The position numbers and the translations under genes were made by a program. A stretch of DNA of 64,000 bases from Lobosporangium transversale (lineage: Eukaryota), in the NCBI RefSeq assembly GCF_002105155.1, contig NW_019029013.1:62001-126000 (forward strand), written 5' to 3'. Positions 1 to 13,683 of the stretch are shown here, piece after piece. How positions within the stretch are numbered: the first letter of the stretch is position 1; each line of letters starts with the position of its first letter. The notes under the pieces are model-generated. The model was given only the letters and a program-made list of their open reading frames with translations, made no database searches and was not told where the DNA came from.

Positions 1-492
1 ACCATGTACTTAGAAGTCTAGATGTCTAGAGGTCAAGAGGTGAAAAGAGAGGAAAACAAAAAGGTTGCGTCTGTTTTTCGAGATTTGTAGGATGCGCCTC
101 GGAGCATAAGATTCAATTGGCCCCTGCTCCTCCGATACGATATTGTACGACCCAACTCAAAGATATGAGATAATACATAGAATTGGGCTAATTCATTTAA
201 ATACAAAGATTAATAAAAGCAATATACTTACGCGTGTACTTTGGAAGTCAGCTTTTTTTTTTTCCTTCTCCCCTTTTTCCATCTTTAAAAAAAAGGTGGA
301 GGGAATTATTTTATAGCTTGTTGCTTGCTGTAAAGCAATAATCCCACTCACGTTGTGGTTCATTCACTTTTGCTAGGCTGATAATGGATATTCCTTACTC
401 CCTATAATCACATTACCTTTTAATCACACATTCTAGCAAAACGTTTACTCTCGCGCACATTCCCATTTACACACACCCCTCTCTCCCTCACT

Positions 493-540
493 CTCGCTCT
501 CGCTCTCGTTCTCGTTCTCGTTCTCGTTCTCGTTCTCACT
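493..540. repeat. Hexanucleotide microsatellite (CTCGCT/CTCGTT)n in the pyrimidine-rich leader of the first gene
   Basis: Direct reading: ctcgct ctcgct followed by several ctcgtt units. Confidence 0.8.
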
Positions 541-663
541 CTTACTCTCACCCTCAATCTTATATCCCGTCTTTCTTCTTTGTTTCTTCACACTTTCTAA
601 TTCTCTCTCAGCTCTTCATCTTTCTTTTCCCTTCTTTCTCCACGAACCCCTTTCAATAAAACC

Positions 664-3634
664 ATGGCACAGCAGCTAAAGCCTCTTGATGACCTCAATA
701 TCAACAGCAGCACAGTAGAGCCTGGCTGCGAAGCGACACCAAGCAAACGCAGCAACAACGATAAGGACCCCATTTCCGACAACATACCAATAGCCATGTC
801 TGGAAATCCATCATCTTCCTCCTCCTCTGCCTCGACTTCAAATGAATGTCCTTTGCCCTCTTCAACAGATTCATCTCTTTTTCATGATAATCGCCTATCC
901 TCCAACATCAATAAAAACCACATCAACTACAAAAACCATAATAGTAGCAGTAACATCATCTTTATCAGCGATAGTGATCGTTATACCAATAAACGCCGTG
1001 GTAGTGATAGCAGTAGTATCAGTAGTGCAAGTATTGGAAGTAGTACAAGTAGTGGAAGCAGTCCTAGACGTGGTAGCAGCAGCAGGCGTTTAAGAACCAT
1101 TAGCCATCAATCGATCCATGTACGCCTACTGCGATTGGTGTGGTCTATGGTGTTGCTGATGGGTGAACACGGTGTATACTGGGTTTTGATACATCGGTGC
1201 TCTTGGCCAGAGAACTCGTCATGGGTAAGTTTATTATTTAATACTTTCCCTTACCCAAATCCCCATCTCCATATTCTATTTCATCAGTTCTTTCCAATGC
1301 GCACTGGCTTTTTTTTTTTTTTTTTTTTTTTTTTTTTCATTCATAGCTGACATGAAAAGATATCCTTGAGTTACGAGTGATCCCTTTTTTTATTTTCCGA
1401 ATTGAAGAGGACTTTATTTAACCTCGAAGCCTGTGACCCCTTTTGGATGATGTGAATCGTGTCAGAGCAAAGTGTATATTATACTATCCTACTAAAAAAA
1501 AAAAAAACGTTCATTCATATTCAAACTGAGAGAAACCAGGCCAATATCACATGGAGATAATGAAGGGGTGTGTGTGTGAAAGAATACTTGGTGTGGTCTC
1601 TTTAAAGCCATTCACATGATCCTTCCAAAACAGTCCCACTTGTTCCTACAGTCGCGTTCCGTAAACATGACGTGAATACCAAAGCAAGCATAGATTTATC
1701 TAACTTCTCTCCGACATTATCGGATGGGTATGCAATTATCGATTATCTCTTTCAATAGGATCAGAGCTCTGAGACTCGAAAGGAACATTATAGGATTGCG
1801 TTAATTGCAGACCCACAGCTCACAGACTGGATGTCATATCATCAATCTGGGCTGCTGCTGGCCCTAGTCGAGATCTATACTGATATTTTTATGCGACGTA
1901 GTTTCAAGCGGTTACATGCCTCTTTACGGCCTGATGCTGTCATATTCTTGGGTGATTTACTAGATGGGGGGCGAACGACTTTTGGAAAGACCTTTGATAA
2001 AAACAAGGGTCGCTTCTTTGAACGCGTCTTTATAACTCTGTCCAGTGGATGGAACCAGCGGCCGGTTATCGTGGATCTAGAAGATTCAACGAGGCTAGAA
2101 ATCACACAAGACCCTAAGAAGATGGGGATTGATGAAACTGCCTTCAACATCACAGGACATTATCAGCAATTGGTTGATGTTCCCTTAAGCTCCATAGAAC
2201 GAGAAAGGATACGGAATGCGGGCAAGAGTGTACGGTTGTATGTGGCGGGGAATCACGATGTAGGCTTTGGCGACAAATTGGTCCGACCTTCCATGGTGCG
2301 CTATAAACGGATCTTTGGTTCTGTAAATTATGAGATCAAGATCGGGAATCACTCGCTAGTCGTACTAGATACCTTGGCACTGAGTTCCGAGCTCCCAGAC
2401 ATCCGACAAGAGTCTCAACAATTTTTGTCACAGCTGATGAATGGTAAGTATTGATTTATGTTTTTCTTTATACTTGGTTCTGCTATTATTACTATTATTG
2501 TTTATATTACTATTATCATTATCGATGAATATCCATGCTGGTTAAAGTATTTCCGAATTGAAGCTACTACAAGTAAGCTCTTCACGTGTACAAATGTATG
2601 CTCCAGTCTAATTGGCACCTTTATAAAAAAAAAACTGACTAGAAACCCCTACACTTCCAAGGATCTTATTTACCCATATCCCTTTATATCGTATCGAGAC
2701 AACTCCCTGTGGAGCTGCTCGGGAGACGAAACAGCTGATTTTAGACCGAATGGGAGAACAATACCAGAACATGATCCATGCACCTCTCACACAAGAGATC
2801 TTGCAAGGCATCCAACCAGACATGGTTTTCAGTGGTGACGACCATGACTGGTGCGAAGTAGCTCATGCTTACAAGAACAGTAATGTCAAGAGCAGAGGCA
2901 ATAGCAACAAGCACTATAGCTACACACCCGAGGTTACACTTCCAACGTTTAGTTTTGCACAGGGCATTCAACAGCCTGGGTTTGTCATGCTTTCACTCTA
3001 CAATCCAGATCACAAAACCAAGAATCTCTATCCTGTTGTTAACACAAATACTACTGCTGCTAGATTGCCAGTATCAACCATGGGAGAAGGAGAAGGAATA
3101 GCCCCTGGTAGCATAGAGAGACCGTTTGGGGAGGCAACATTCGCGTATGAGGAGTGCATGCTTCCCAACCAATTGTTGATTTATCTGAGTTATGGCTTGC
3201 TCTTTGTGGGTTCTCTAGGTGTGCTCCTCATTCAACGGCACCGTTGGATGGCGCGAAGCCGACGTTTGCAGGGCACACGACCCCTTTTGGCTCAGTGGAG
3301 GAAGGAGAATGATACAGTGATACCTCCAAAAGGTTCAACCACTGCAACAGCATTTTCTTCACCACCCCAAGATTACCATCATATGAACAGTAAAGATGAT
3401 TACACCAATAGGCGTTATGAGGACGATGATGATTATATCGAGAGGGACTCGTTTGAGTATAGTTTTTTCAAAGGTGGGGAATACGATGGCGTTAGTTGGC
3501 GCAAGGATTTCAAGGCTGTTGTGTACCCATTGCGAACGAGCATATATTGGAAAATGGTAGGATGGGATCTTTGGAACATTGCTCGTTATATGGTCCCATT
3601 TTACGTCCTCCTCTTCGCTGTTAGCTTCATCTAA
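664..3634 (+). CDS. CDC1: Calcineurin-like metallophosphoesterase, CDC1/MPPE1 (PGAP5)-like GPI-remodelling family, about 745 aa, 3 exons (664-1224, 1759-2443, 2643-3634)
   Basis: Spliced translation gives the MPP motifs IADPQ, FLGDLLDGG, AGNHDVG, FTHIPL and SGDDHD. It has an N-terminal TM segment and C-terminal TM segments. Introns are GTAAGT..AG and in phase; total 2238 nt. Confidence 0.85.
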
Positions 3635-3998
3635 ATACAAAAAGAAAGAAAGAAAGAAAGGGAAAAAAAAGAAGATATGAGTATATACATTATAGTCAGC
3701 ATGTGTTATTGAATATATAAATACCAAGTATACTTATTCTGCTTCGTCAAGTCACGATGCATTTATACATTTACTTCCTTTTACTTTATTGCTTTTGTGT
3801 TTACTCTGTTAAATCTCCGCCCATGATTTGTTAATGTCTTTCGAGCTCTTTCCTTTTATCCATCTCATCACCAAGTTTCGTGGCTCCCCCACCCTTTTTT
3901 TTAAAAAAAATGTCGGCGCCGTATGTCGTCGTTTTTTTTTTTTTTTTTTTTTTTTTTTAGCGAATTTTGCGCATATGATCTGTAACTCAAGGAGAGGA

Positions 3999-4029
<31 letters not shown>

Positions 4030-7000
4030 AAATGTATTAGTGCTTTTTAGGGTTACACACGGTCTCCTTCAACGAATGCTTTTTCCTTGCCTGGTTCCCG
4101 AGTCGTTTCAAATATGGTATATATCCTTTATGAACTAAGAAAAAAAAAAAAAAAAAAAAAGGCGCACATAAAGTGACGAGTGATAGTATAGAGTAATCAT
4201 ATTAAAGAGAAATATGTAACAACAAACAACAGGAAAGAGTAATTTGACAAATAAGAACGATGCAATAATATATGAGCCAAGTTTTCCGCACGGCTTCTTG
4301 TAAAAAACATTTACCCTCTCTTCATGCGGGATCTGATCAAGGGCTGATCGGTCTTTTATTTTAAAAAAACCAGAACGCTTAGAACTTGCACCTCTGATTA
4401 TCTATTGCTTGTATGCATTGATTCCAGTACAGTTACACGTTCATCAAACACTCTTTAGACTGTGTCTTTTCAAAATAAAAAAAACAAAAAATTAGTGGCA
4501 CAATAAAAAGAGCTCTTTAAGGGCTCGACAATAATGGCAATAAAAATAGAGCAGTTTATATGTATAAATATATATATATATAATATTATATTTTTTTGAG
4601 CAAAAAAAAAAAAAAAAAAAAAAAAAAGAATATCGAAAGATATCCAGAAAGGGGAAGGATTACCTCCGCTACATATTTCTTTCCGCAGCCCTCTTGTGAG
4701 TGCTCATATGCGTAAAAAAAAAACATCAAGATGTATCCAAGGGGCTATGGAATACTAAACCTTTTGCCTTTCCAGAACATGGCCCCCGCTTTTTACATCA
4801 AGAAAAAAAAAAAAAAAAAAAACAGCAAAAAATTGTACAAACCAATGCACCATGAAGATGATAGGGATGTTTGTTTTTTTTTTTTTGCTCCGACGGGGTA
4901 AAGGGGACCCAAAAAAACAAAAAAACAAAAAAAAAAGAGGTGCATTGTATATATATGTATATATATATGTGTGTAGGGCAAGGATACCTTTGTACATGTA
5001 AGATGCGACATGTTAGTAAGCACCTTGCGTTCACTAGGAGTCCTCCACATCTTTGGAACATATCTAACCTTATGAAGAAAGTTTAAAAAGAGACCTGGAA
5101 ACAAATAAGAATAGAGCTGGATACTATGTTGCCTAGATCACTTGTAAGAGGAGAGTTTTTTTTTTTGCGATGCTTTGCTCGTTAGTACTTCACACTTGGC
5201 GCTTTACATTTGCGCTTGGCACAGAAGCAGGAGACATATTGAAGAAGTTGAGATTGGGTTGGGTTGAATTTGGGATACACTTAACTCATCAACATGCATA
5301 ATGTGTTAGTATACTAATAACTATTGGACACATCTTATCCCCATTCCTATCCCCATTCCTATCTTCTTCCCCTGACCATCTTTCCCCCCTTAAAGACGCC
5401 TTATAATACATTCTGGTGGACCACGCGTTTGTTGCTAGGGTCAATCGACCAATCAGGTGTCGTGCAAGTTGCATAACTAAGTAACTAATGATCCGCCCAG
5501 CTTCCTCGAACATTTTTAAGAAAAAAACACCACTCTCTCTGCTGCTCCATAGAATGCGTAGGCCAGAGCCCCTTATCAATATTTTATAGTTTTTTGGGTG
5601 GGGTGTGGTTCCTTCCCACTCCCCATTTTATATCCTTCCCCCTTTTTTTCTACTCTCCCTCTCATTCTTTTACTCTTTCTTTTTTTTTTTTATGGAACCA
5701 TGGGGCACATAAAAAAAAAGAAAGGAAAAAAAAAAAAAAAAAAAAAAAGAGTCCAACGCTTTTTTAGCCTTGCATGGTACTCCCATTTTCGATTTCGATG
5801 TCAAAGTCAATGTCAATGTCGTGTAACCTTTTTTTTTCTTTTTTTTGTTCGTCAGCCAAACAATGTCCAAGAGCGTCATTTTGGTTTTTTTTGTATCACT
5901 CTAACAGATTGCTATGCATGCATCCAAACAAGGATCAAGATCTCGTTTTAAAATAAAATAAAGTTTATAACATCTAACGGTCGGATTGTGAATAAAGAAC
6001 ACAGAGAAAAGTAAAAAGTGAAAGAGAGGGCTAAATAATATACATGTGTACTGGAGTATGAGGTGAATAGGAGGTAAACAAAGAACACAGAGAATGATAA
6101 AGGAGAAAAAAAAAAACTATCCTTATTAGTTGAAGTCTAATACCCAGTGCAGCTTATGGAAGATGAACAAAAAACCTTTTTCTATACTGATGAATGTCGA
6201 TTACGCCATTTGTAACTCGATGGGTATTTCTAGATAACCGATCCTTTCTAACTTTTTCTTTTTTTGCTATGCAACACTTACCAAAGTATGTATACATATA
6301 GTATATACAAATATATATGTGTATGTATTCAGTAACTATTCTTACTCCATCCTATTGTTTAATGCCTGATGATGAATGGCTTCTGCGATGTGATCTGACT
6401 AAAAAGGAAAAAAGCCAGGAGTCGCATATGCGTCCGTCCACAGGCACACAGCTTAAGAGAGAAAGAGGGGAGAAAAAAAAAAAAGAGAGATGAGACATTT
6501 AGAACACGGCGATCTAAAAAACGAGCCTTTCAATCCACTCTGATTGGTCTCGTATTGTTTCTTTTTGCTACGGCGCGTCTTCAGAATTATAAAAAAAGAT
6601 GAGTCTACTCGTACACGTTTACTGATGAGTTGCTTCTTTTTATCTTTGTTTCGAAATGAGCGTTTATTTTTTTATTTAAATATAGGAACCTTGTTCTAAG
6701 GAAGGAAGGAAGTAAAAGTAAATCGGAAAATCGAATCAATATCGCCGATCTATATCATTGAAAAAGAGTAGATTGAGCAACAAAATAAAAAAAATAAAAA
6801 TATATATAGATATAATATAATATAATATAATAAAAGAGATAGGAAGAGGGTGAGAGAGAGAGAGAGAGTCTGTATGTTGCACAGTAAACTGCAGGGGTGA
6901 TATCCTTCGTCTGTGAACATTCTCCGAAGGTTTATTTTTGTTTTGAATCGGTGATCGATCTGAGATGTCCTTCACTCAAGAGACCCAGAGCAGTGAGTAT

Positions 7001-10000
7001 ACTAACAAACTGCTCCTCTTACTTTCTCTTCTCTTCGCTTTGGTTGGATGAGAAAGCGACTAGTGCTGTATGCATAATTTAAACCTGCATATTAGGTTTT
7101 CTGCTTACTTTGCTTACAACCTATTGCATTTTGCTTACCCAGTCAAGCATGGCTCTTTTTTTTTTTCCTCTCACTTTCTCTCTGAGAAGAGAGAGAACAA
7201 ATGAAGACCAAAAATAAAAAGATATATACTATAAAGCCTGGAATCTTAATTTGATTGAATGGTTTTCTATACATCTTTATTTATACAAATACAAATATAC
7301 ACATGTTGTTTTTTTTTTGTTGCATTCGCATTGAACACCGAAAATAAAAATATGAGAGGAGAGGAGAGGAGAGAAGAGAAGAAAAGAGGAGATGGATCCG
7401 CCGGGTCGGGTGTGAATTGGCGCGTGTGAATCCATCTCCCATCAGCCGATCCAAGAATGTATCCTCGCACATTCATCCGACTTTGCCAAAACGTCAATCC
7501 CTCAACTTCTCCTCTTACATACTTCACTCTCCCACCTTTTTTTTTTTTTTTCCTATCTGTCTTTCTATTAATTATTGTCTTTGTCAACTTTTTTTAAGGT
7601 GCTTGGAAGGAAGAGGGGGTGACCCTACATTCAATTACACAAACGCAAACTCTATGGAGCATAGGCATAGCCTTTTTAACCATAGATACAAAGTTTGGGG
7701 ATCGCATCGGATAGACTTGAAGGGAGAAAGGAGAGAGACCAAGGCACACAAATAGATCACATCTCAAGCAATTGTAACGAAAAACAAACATGAGCATGGC
7801 TACACAACAGCAATGAATCAAAAACGTGGTAGTTGAGTATTCTGTAACTATATATTTATCAATTGCGGCACCATTGGATTGCATGCATGAAGGTACCCTG
7901 GTCGTTTTTTTTATTTTTTATTTTTTATTTTTTATTTTTTATTTTTTATTCACTTGGTATAGTATAGATGTTGTTTGTGGTTCATGTTATATAATGTCGT
8001 TATTGTTTTTTGTTGGTTCGCAAAAAAAACATGAACACAAATACTGGGATTATTTGTACAAGAGTAGTGAGCATTGAATAGAAAAGAGCAATTGTAACTT
8101 TGCATTAACGGTCTCTTTTACTCTTTCACTTCTCTCACCCTCTCTTTTGGTGGCTTCTTTGTACTCATTGCTGATTTATACAAGTAGGTCTTGCCGTAGT
8201 ACCTTGTTGGTTTTTTTTTTAGGCTGTTATGCCAATTATTGAGAGCGACAATCTAGGTTTCACAGCTCTTGCCGGGCATTTGAGCATAGCAAAAAAAAAA
8301 AAAAAAAAAAAAGGCGGGATTCAATAAATATATGTATAAAAAGAAAAGAACCAAGTATATATTATATATACATATGGATGAGTAACATCTACAAACGAGA
8401 ATAAATAATTCAGTAGTTTACAGCGGTTATTGTAGTAGTGGCGCAAAGAAAAGCAATCGATATCAAAAAAAGAATTGTTCGTCCATAAATTTCCGACCAC
8501 GACTCACATCTGTCAAAGAGAGAGAAGGAAGGGGAGGAAGAGATGGAGATGTGCTTTTTCTATGGCTGCTGTTATTGTTATTGTTATTGTTATTATTATT
8601 GTTTAGGAGATATTTCGTGTTTCCTTCTTGGCGGAGATGATCAATGAACGTGTTGTAAAAAAAAAAAAATTCAAGTCCCGGGTCAGAGGAACTGAGTCCG
8701 TGTTCTAGAGACGGACAATGCGACATTAACAGAATCAGATAAACGAAGCGAGGACGATCCTACACCGTATCGCTTTTTTTTTTTGTTACTTGATTTGATT
8801 GAAGGAGAGACACAAGTGAGAAATCATTAGCGGATGGTGCTGTAGGAGTGAAAAAGGATTGGTCAACGAGAAATAAAGAAATTTAACCTTGGACGCTTGG
8901 GGTAATTTTTATTTACAATTTGAACCTTATTTACCTGTATTTACCCATCCTCTCTCTCCTGGCATCTTTCTTTATTGTATTCAATACTCGACGCTTATAA
9001 CTATTCAATTCTAAATACTACTCAATACAATATATATTAAATCGATATATATACTTATTGTGTCTTTATACTATGCTCTTTTATTTTAATTTTAATGTAT
9101 TGTATTATACTATTCTCTCCATCTCCTTTTTTCTTTTTCTGGCCTTTACTCTTCGTTTTCCTCAAATACCCCCCCTCTCCCACCACTTATCCTTTTCACT
9201 TTTACACTTTTTATCCCTCTTTCTCAGCTTTTATAGTTCGAGTGCAGCCAAGAGACTTTGACATATACCATATACCCTCTCTTTCTTCTCTCGCTCCTTC
9301 ACACACTCTCCATCCTTTCTTTCGCTCGATCTAACACTCCTTCCTTCTATCTGTCAACAGAACTACAACCCATTATAATACATTTTCACTCCATCTCTAA
9401 CACTTCAGCAAAAACGTCTCTTCGTTTCTCCCCTCTTTTTTTTCTTTCTTTTCCTCTCAAAGACTAATTGTGAGCGAGACCAACAGCAATACACTTTTCG
9501 AACGGTCAAAGTGGTGTGCGATCATTATCGACGAGGTAAACTTAATTTTCGTAGTAACCCCTCCCTTACCCCTTTAAATCCTTGCATTATTATATTCGCT
9601 CAATCCTTGCTTCCTAACTCATACGCGCATGGACACAAATTTTGCCAATTGCAACTGGTAGTTTGCTCGCTCGCCCTGATCGCTTGCTCAAAATCTGTTT
9701 TGGCGGCGTATTTCTTCATATTTGTGCATTGAATTTGTGTTATCGTTCGGCGAAATAACAACGCATGTTCCTGTGTTCACTTTCCTGTGCGCATGCTTAA
9801 CGTTATATTGCGGTCGATAATTTTTCTCCATTTGCTTTTTTTGTTTTTCCCGCCAGAATATTTTACACAACCCTAATGAGTCGGAGGGTATGAAATATGG
9901 GGGTGAGGATTTGGGTTTGATTAGAAAGAGGGGCTCAATATTTTGCAATACCATACAAAACCTTCTTGATCACTTGTCCTACTGAAAAGAAAAAATGTGA

Positions 10001-10927
10001 CAAATATTAGAAAGCTTGTACTACTCATTGTAGACCGGATAATAGGATGATAGGGTGATAGGATAATAGGACAAAAAAAAAGACGCGAGAAACAGTACAG
10101 GTGATAAACATAAAGGCATAAAAGTAAATGACATGCAGAAAATAAGGACGTTTACCAGCGCCAGTTTCAATTTCCAATATTCAATTTCCATCCCCTACGT
10201 TTCCAGCCATTGCATCTTTCATTGCTTCCCAACCTTTCCCTATATTGCATAGCAGCATACAGTTTCTACAATTTGCAGTTGATGCAAAGGTTATATTGTC
10301 ATTTACATGGGCTGCATGTTTGCATGTTTGCAAATTTCGCAGTGCCGCAGTGTACGCCCCTTTTGTCCTCCTGCTGTGCCTTGCTTCCTTCCCTCTTTCC
10401 CGAATCCAAAATTATTTTCCCGCCATTCTCAGTTATTTTTCGATCACCTGTTCACTAAAAAAAAAATTTACTCTTTTGGTGTGCATGTACGTAATCCAAA
10501 CTCAGTGACATGTTTATTTCTGTGCTTTTACCACATTCCGCCAGAAGAAGGAAAAAAAAAAAAAAAGCATGATGATGCTGGGCTTGCTTACAGTCAAACA
10601 ACGCACATTCTCTTTTTTTTTTCCTTTTCCTCGGAACGATCGATGTTGTTCCACAAGACCATTGCCCGCCAAAAAACAAACGATTGATTTGGTCTCACCC
10701 TTACTTCGATTACTTTCTAACCCTTTTTTATTTGTTTATATAAAAAGCCCCCTCTTTCCCTCTTTCTCTTTTTTCACTCCTTCTTACTTGACATCTCGAT
10801 TAACTTTTATTTTATCTTGGCTGTATGTCTCTTACACAAAACTAGATCCAATCACAACTAGTTCCTACCACTCAGAAACTCCTCCCCTTCTTCATCTCTA
10901 TAAGCAACAAATCCGTCGATTGCAAAC

Positions 10928-13066
10928 ATGGTTACTTCCCTCTGGACGATGCTTCGCAAGCGTCGCCAACAGCAGACAAAGACGTCTCCATCAATGCCAT
11001 CCAAAATTAACGACTTTGAACAACAGCATAGTCTCCATTCAATCGATGATGAGAAGCTGGCTATGGCTAGGTCAAATGGAGTACCAAGGAATAGCACACA
11101 AATCACACGGAAAATCGACAATATTTACAACCTACAATCTTCTAGACCATCCACTCCCAAAACACCACATGAAATCCCTCCTCGAACTTCTTCCAGTGCT
11201 CAAAGCACTAGAACTCCCTCTATCCACAGTGTAGCTAGCACTGGAGACCGACCACGCTCAATAGAAAAGAAAAAACACAGGCGACAAGCTTCAACAAATT
11301 CTCTCTCCAAAACACCCTCTCCCTCATCTTCTCCTGTTCCTCCACCTACACCCACACGCTCTACTACATCAGGCACACCACCATCATCTCCATCAATATC
11401 ATCCGCATCGGAGTTTGCCGAGGCTCGGCGCAAGTCCATGGTGGAGCATGCTATCCGAGACCAACCCACGGATTGCCATATTGATATGCTTGATGTGGAT
11501 GTTGAGACACTTATGCCCATCATCATTAGTGAAGAAATACATACCCCAATTCCTGCTCCTCTCATTCGTTCAATTCAGGCACAGCAGCCAAAAAACACAC
11601 CACAAGAATTAATGGAGTTAAATGAACAACAAGACCGTGCCATGATCAACAAACAGAGTAACGACAGTTCACCTAATGACCCAATCATTTCTATGCTTCC
11701 AATCATGCCAACGCCCACTCCTCGTCGACCTCCATTGGTCTTGCGAAAGAGTACTGACAATCATATTTCTGGACGCATCTCCATGTCACATCTTCCACCA
11801 CCCCCACCTCCATCTGTACCTCCACCCGCTATCCCGTCTACATCTTCGGGAAGCACAGATGGAATCTCATCCGAGGCAATGTCTCGACCAAACATTCATG
11901 TCACTAATGCTAATGCCACAACCCCCACTCGAGGACAACGTCCCAGGGCTTTAACAGAGTCGAACGCCTCGATTAGGAGCATCAGCCTCGACTCTTCAAA
12001 TCGTCAAGAGGAGAACTCTGAGCTTCATTCCAAATCCAAGACTAAAAGGGTTATCATGCCTCCAAGCAATCCTCCTCCTGCTTCTCCCTCTTCATCCACA
12101 CCAATGTCCGCTGCGAAGCCTCAGCAATCTCAGATTCCTGTCCATGTTCGCAGAAAAGGACACCAAAAAACACCCAGCCAAATCATGAGTACCGGTTTCT
12201 TTGCATCCCCAGAACGCTCGCCTCTTTCGCCTTTATCTCCACCGCATTCGCCCATGACGATCCAGATCCCGCGCAAAATGCAGTCATCGCGTTCTTCCTT
12301 CGTTGCAACGGCAGGTCAGCCCTTCCCACACCACACGACTACCAATGTCCTGAACCTAAACCGACCAGATAGTCCAACTGCGGGGTTGAACAACCCATCT
12401 CCAACCTCAGTCTCGCAGCAAGGAGCCGTCGTAAAGAGCAACAAGCTTCAATACCGCCGTGCCAAGAGCAAGAGCATCAGCCAGGCTGAGGCACCACGCA
12501 TCTTGGCGTCATCTTCATTAGGTGCGATGACCGTTGGCTGTAGTCCTCGTTCACCATCCATGCCTCTTCCCTCAAGGTTCACGCCTAATACCCCGCCAAT
12601 GTCGACACCAAGTTCACTTGCGGATCATCTCCCTCTTTCACCTGTTTCGCATGCTCAGCTGATGAAGCCCCCTCGACCTTCGCTTGCTACCTACCAAGGA
12701 CGACAAGCGTCCTTTAGCAGCTGGGATAGCTCTAGCAGAGCTTCCACTGCAACTCCTACTGCGGCTTCTTCGTCTACGGGTGCAGATGATAGCTACTGGG
12801 CCTACAAATCGTCTCCAACATCTCCGACTTCTCCCAACTATCTGTATAGTCCTTATATCGGTGGGACCGATGATGCTGCCGAGCGATACTCAATCATTAG
12901 TTCTGATCGCACGTTTGATGTCAAGACTATCATCAGTGATGCCTTGGCAATTGCGATGGCAAAGTCCGCAGCAGCTGAAGCAGCTCGACGTCAGCAGCAG
13001 AACTCTGCATCGCTGTCTAGACCATGGGCCCCTTTGGATGAAATGTGGGCAAATCCTTCTGTGTAA
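10928..13066 (+). CDS. Intronless 712-aa Ser/Pro/Thr-rich low-complexity, probably disordered, hypothetical protein
   Basis: Long uninterrupted ORF with coding-like composition against AT-rich flanks. No recognisable globular domain. Confidence 0.8.
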   Translation: MVTSLWTMLRKRRQQQTKTSPSMPSKINDFEQQHSLHSIDDEKLAMARSNGVPRNSTQITRKIDNIYNLQSSRPSTPKTPHEIPPRTSSSAQSTRTPSIHSVASTGDRPRSIEKKKHRRQASTNSLSKTPSPSSSPVPPPTPTRSTTSGTPPSSPSISSASEFAEARRKSMVEHAIRDQPTDCHIDMLDVDVETLMPIIISEEIHTPIPAPLIRSIQAQQPKNTPQELMELNEQQDRAMINKQSNDSSPNDPIISMLPIMPTPTPRRPPLVLRKSTDNHISGRISMSHLPPPPPPSVPPPAIPSTSSGSTDGISSEAMSRPNIHVTNANATTPTRGQRPRALTESNASIRSISLDSSNRQEENSELHSKSKTKRVIMPPSNPPPASPSSSTPMSAAKPQQSQIPVHVRRKGHQKTPSQIMSTGFFASPERSPLSPLSPPHSPMTIQIPRKMQSSRSSFVATAGQPFPHHTTTNVLNLNRPDSPTAGLNNPSPTSVSQQGAVVKSNKLQYRRAKSKSISQAEAPRILASSSLGAMTVGCSPRSPSMPLPSRFTPNTPPMSTPSSLADHLPLSPVSHAQLMKPPRPSLATYQGRQASFSSWDSSSRASTATPTAASSSTGADDSYWAYKSSPTSPTSPNYLYSPYIGGTDDAAERYSIISSDRTFDVKTIISDALAIAMAKSAAAEAARRQQQNSASLSRPWAPLDEMWANPSV

Positions 13067-13609
13067 ATAGCTTTCACCCAACCCCAATCCTCGCAATGCT
13101 TATTTCTTAGATTTTAGTAATGTAAAACAATGTAATAATAGTAATAAAAAATAAGAAAAAAAAAAAAAAGCTTGAAACATAATGCTTGCTTCTTGTCTAC
13201 TGTGGAATCTTGAAAGATCTTTTTTTTTTTTCCCAGTGCGAAAAGAGGGCGATTAATGACTTTCACTCCAATCAATATTCATAACCAACAACGTCCCTCT
13301 TACCTCTTCATTGATGCCGGGGGGACCTGTGAGCCAGCGAATGTCTCTGCTTTAAAGCTAATTTACTGGAGTTATTGAAGCAAAGAGCGACATCTGAACC
13401 CACTATCTTTGGTAATCAAAAAAATCCTTTTCCTTTGTTGTCCTCTCATAAGCTCCTTATCAAACGACGTATACTTAAAGATTATAGCAGTTATAGTCCG
13501 TGTCTGCTTATAAAGACAAAGATGCTTTCGGAAGGTCTCATAGGGCCTGCTCTCTACCTCTGAAAGACTGGGAAGGGAGCTGACCCTTATTTAAGGTGTA
13601 TCTTGTAGT

Positions 13610-13662
13610 TCTTATCTCTATTTTTTTTTTTTTTTTTGACCCCACGAAACCTCTTATCTCTA
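13610..13662 (-). mobile_element. Extremely 5'-truncated retro-insertion: about 14 nt body plus A17 tail, flanked by an 11-bp TSD
   Basis: tcttatctcta (13610-13620) + T17 + gaccccacgaaacc + tcttatctcta (13652-13662). Confidence 0.7.
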
Positions 13663-13683
13663 ATTTTTAGCGTTGAAATATAC

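Noticed and set aside
6366..6396. ATGATGA...CTGA box C/D pair
   Set aside because: Only about 30 nt apart, too short for a snoRNA.
10018..10052. GGATAATA-like short tandem repeats (also the 12-mer at 5337-5362 and the 7-mer at 29676-29710)
   Set aside because: Simple slippage repeats with no spacers, so not CRISPR-like. No evidence of function.
3828..10900. Many short ORFs with poly-F/poly-K runs here and in other intergenic regions
   Set aside because: They are translations of poly(T)/poly(A) tracts and AT-rich DNA, with no domain or coding bias.
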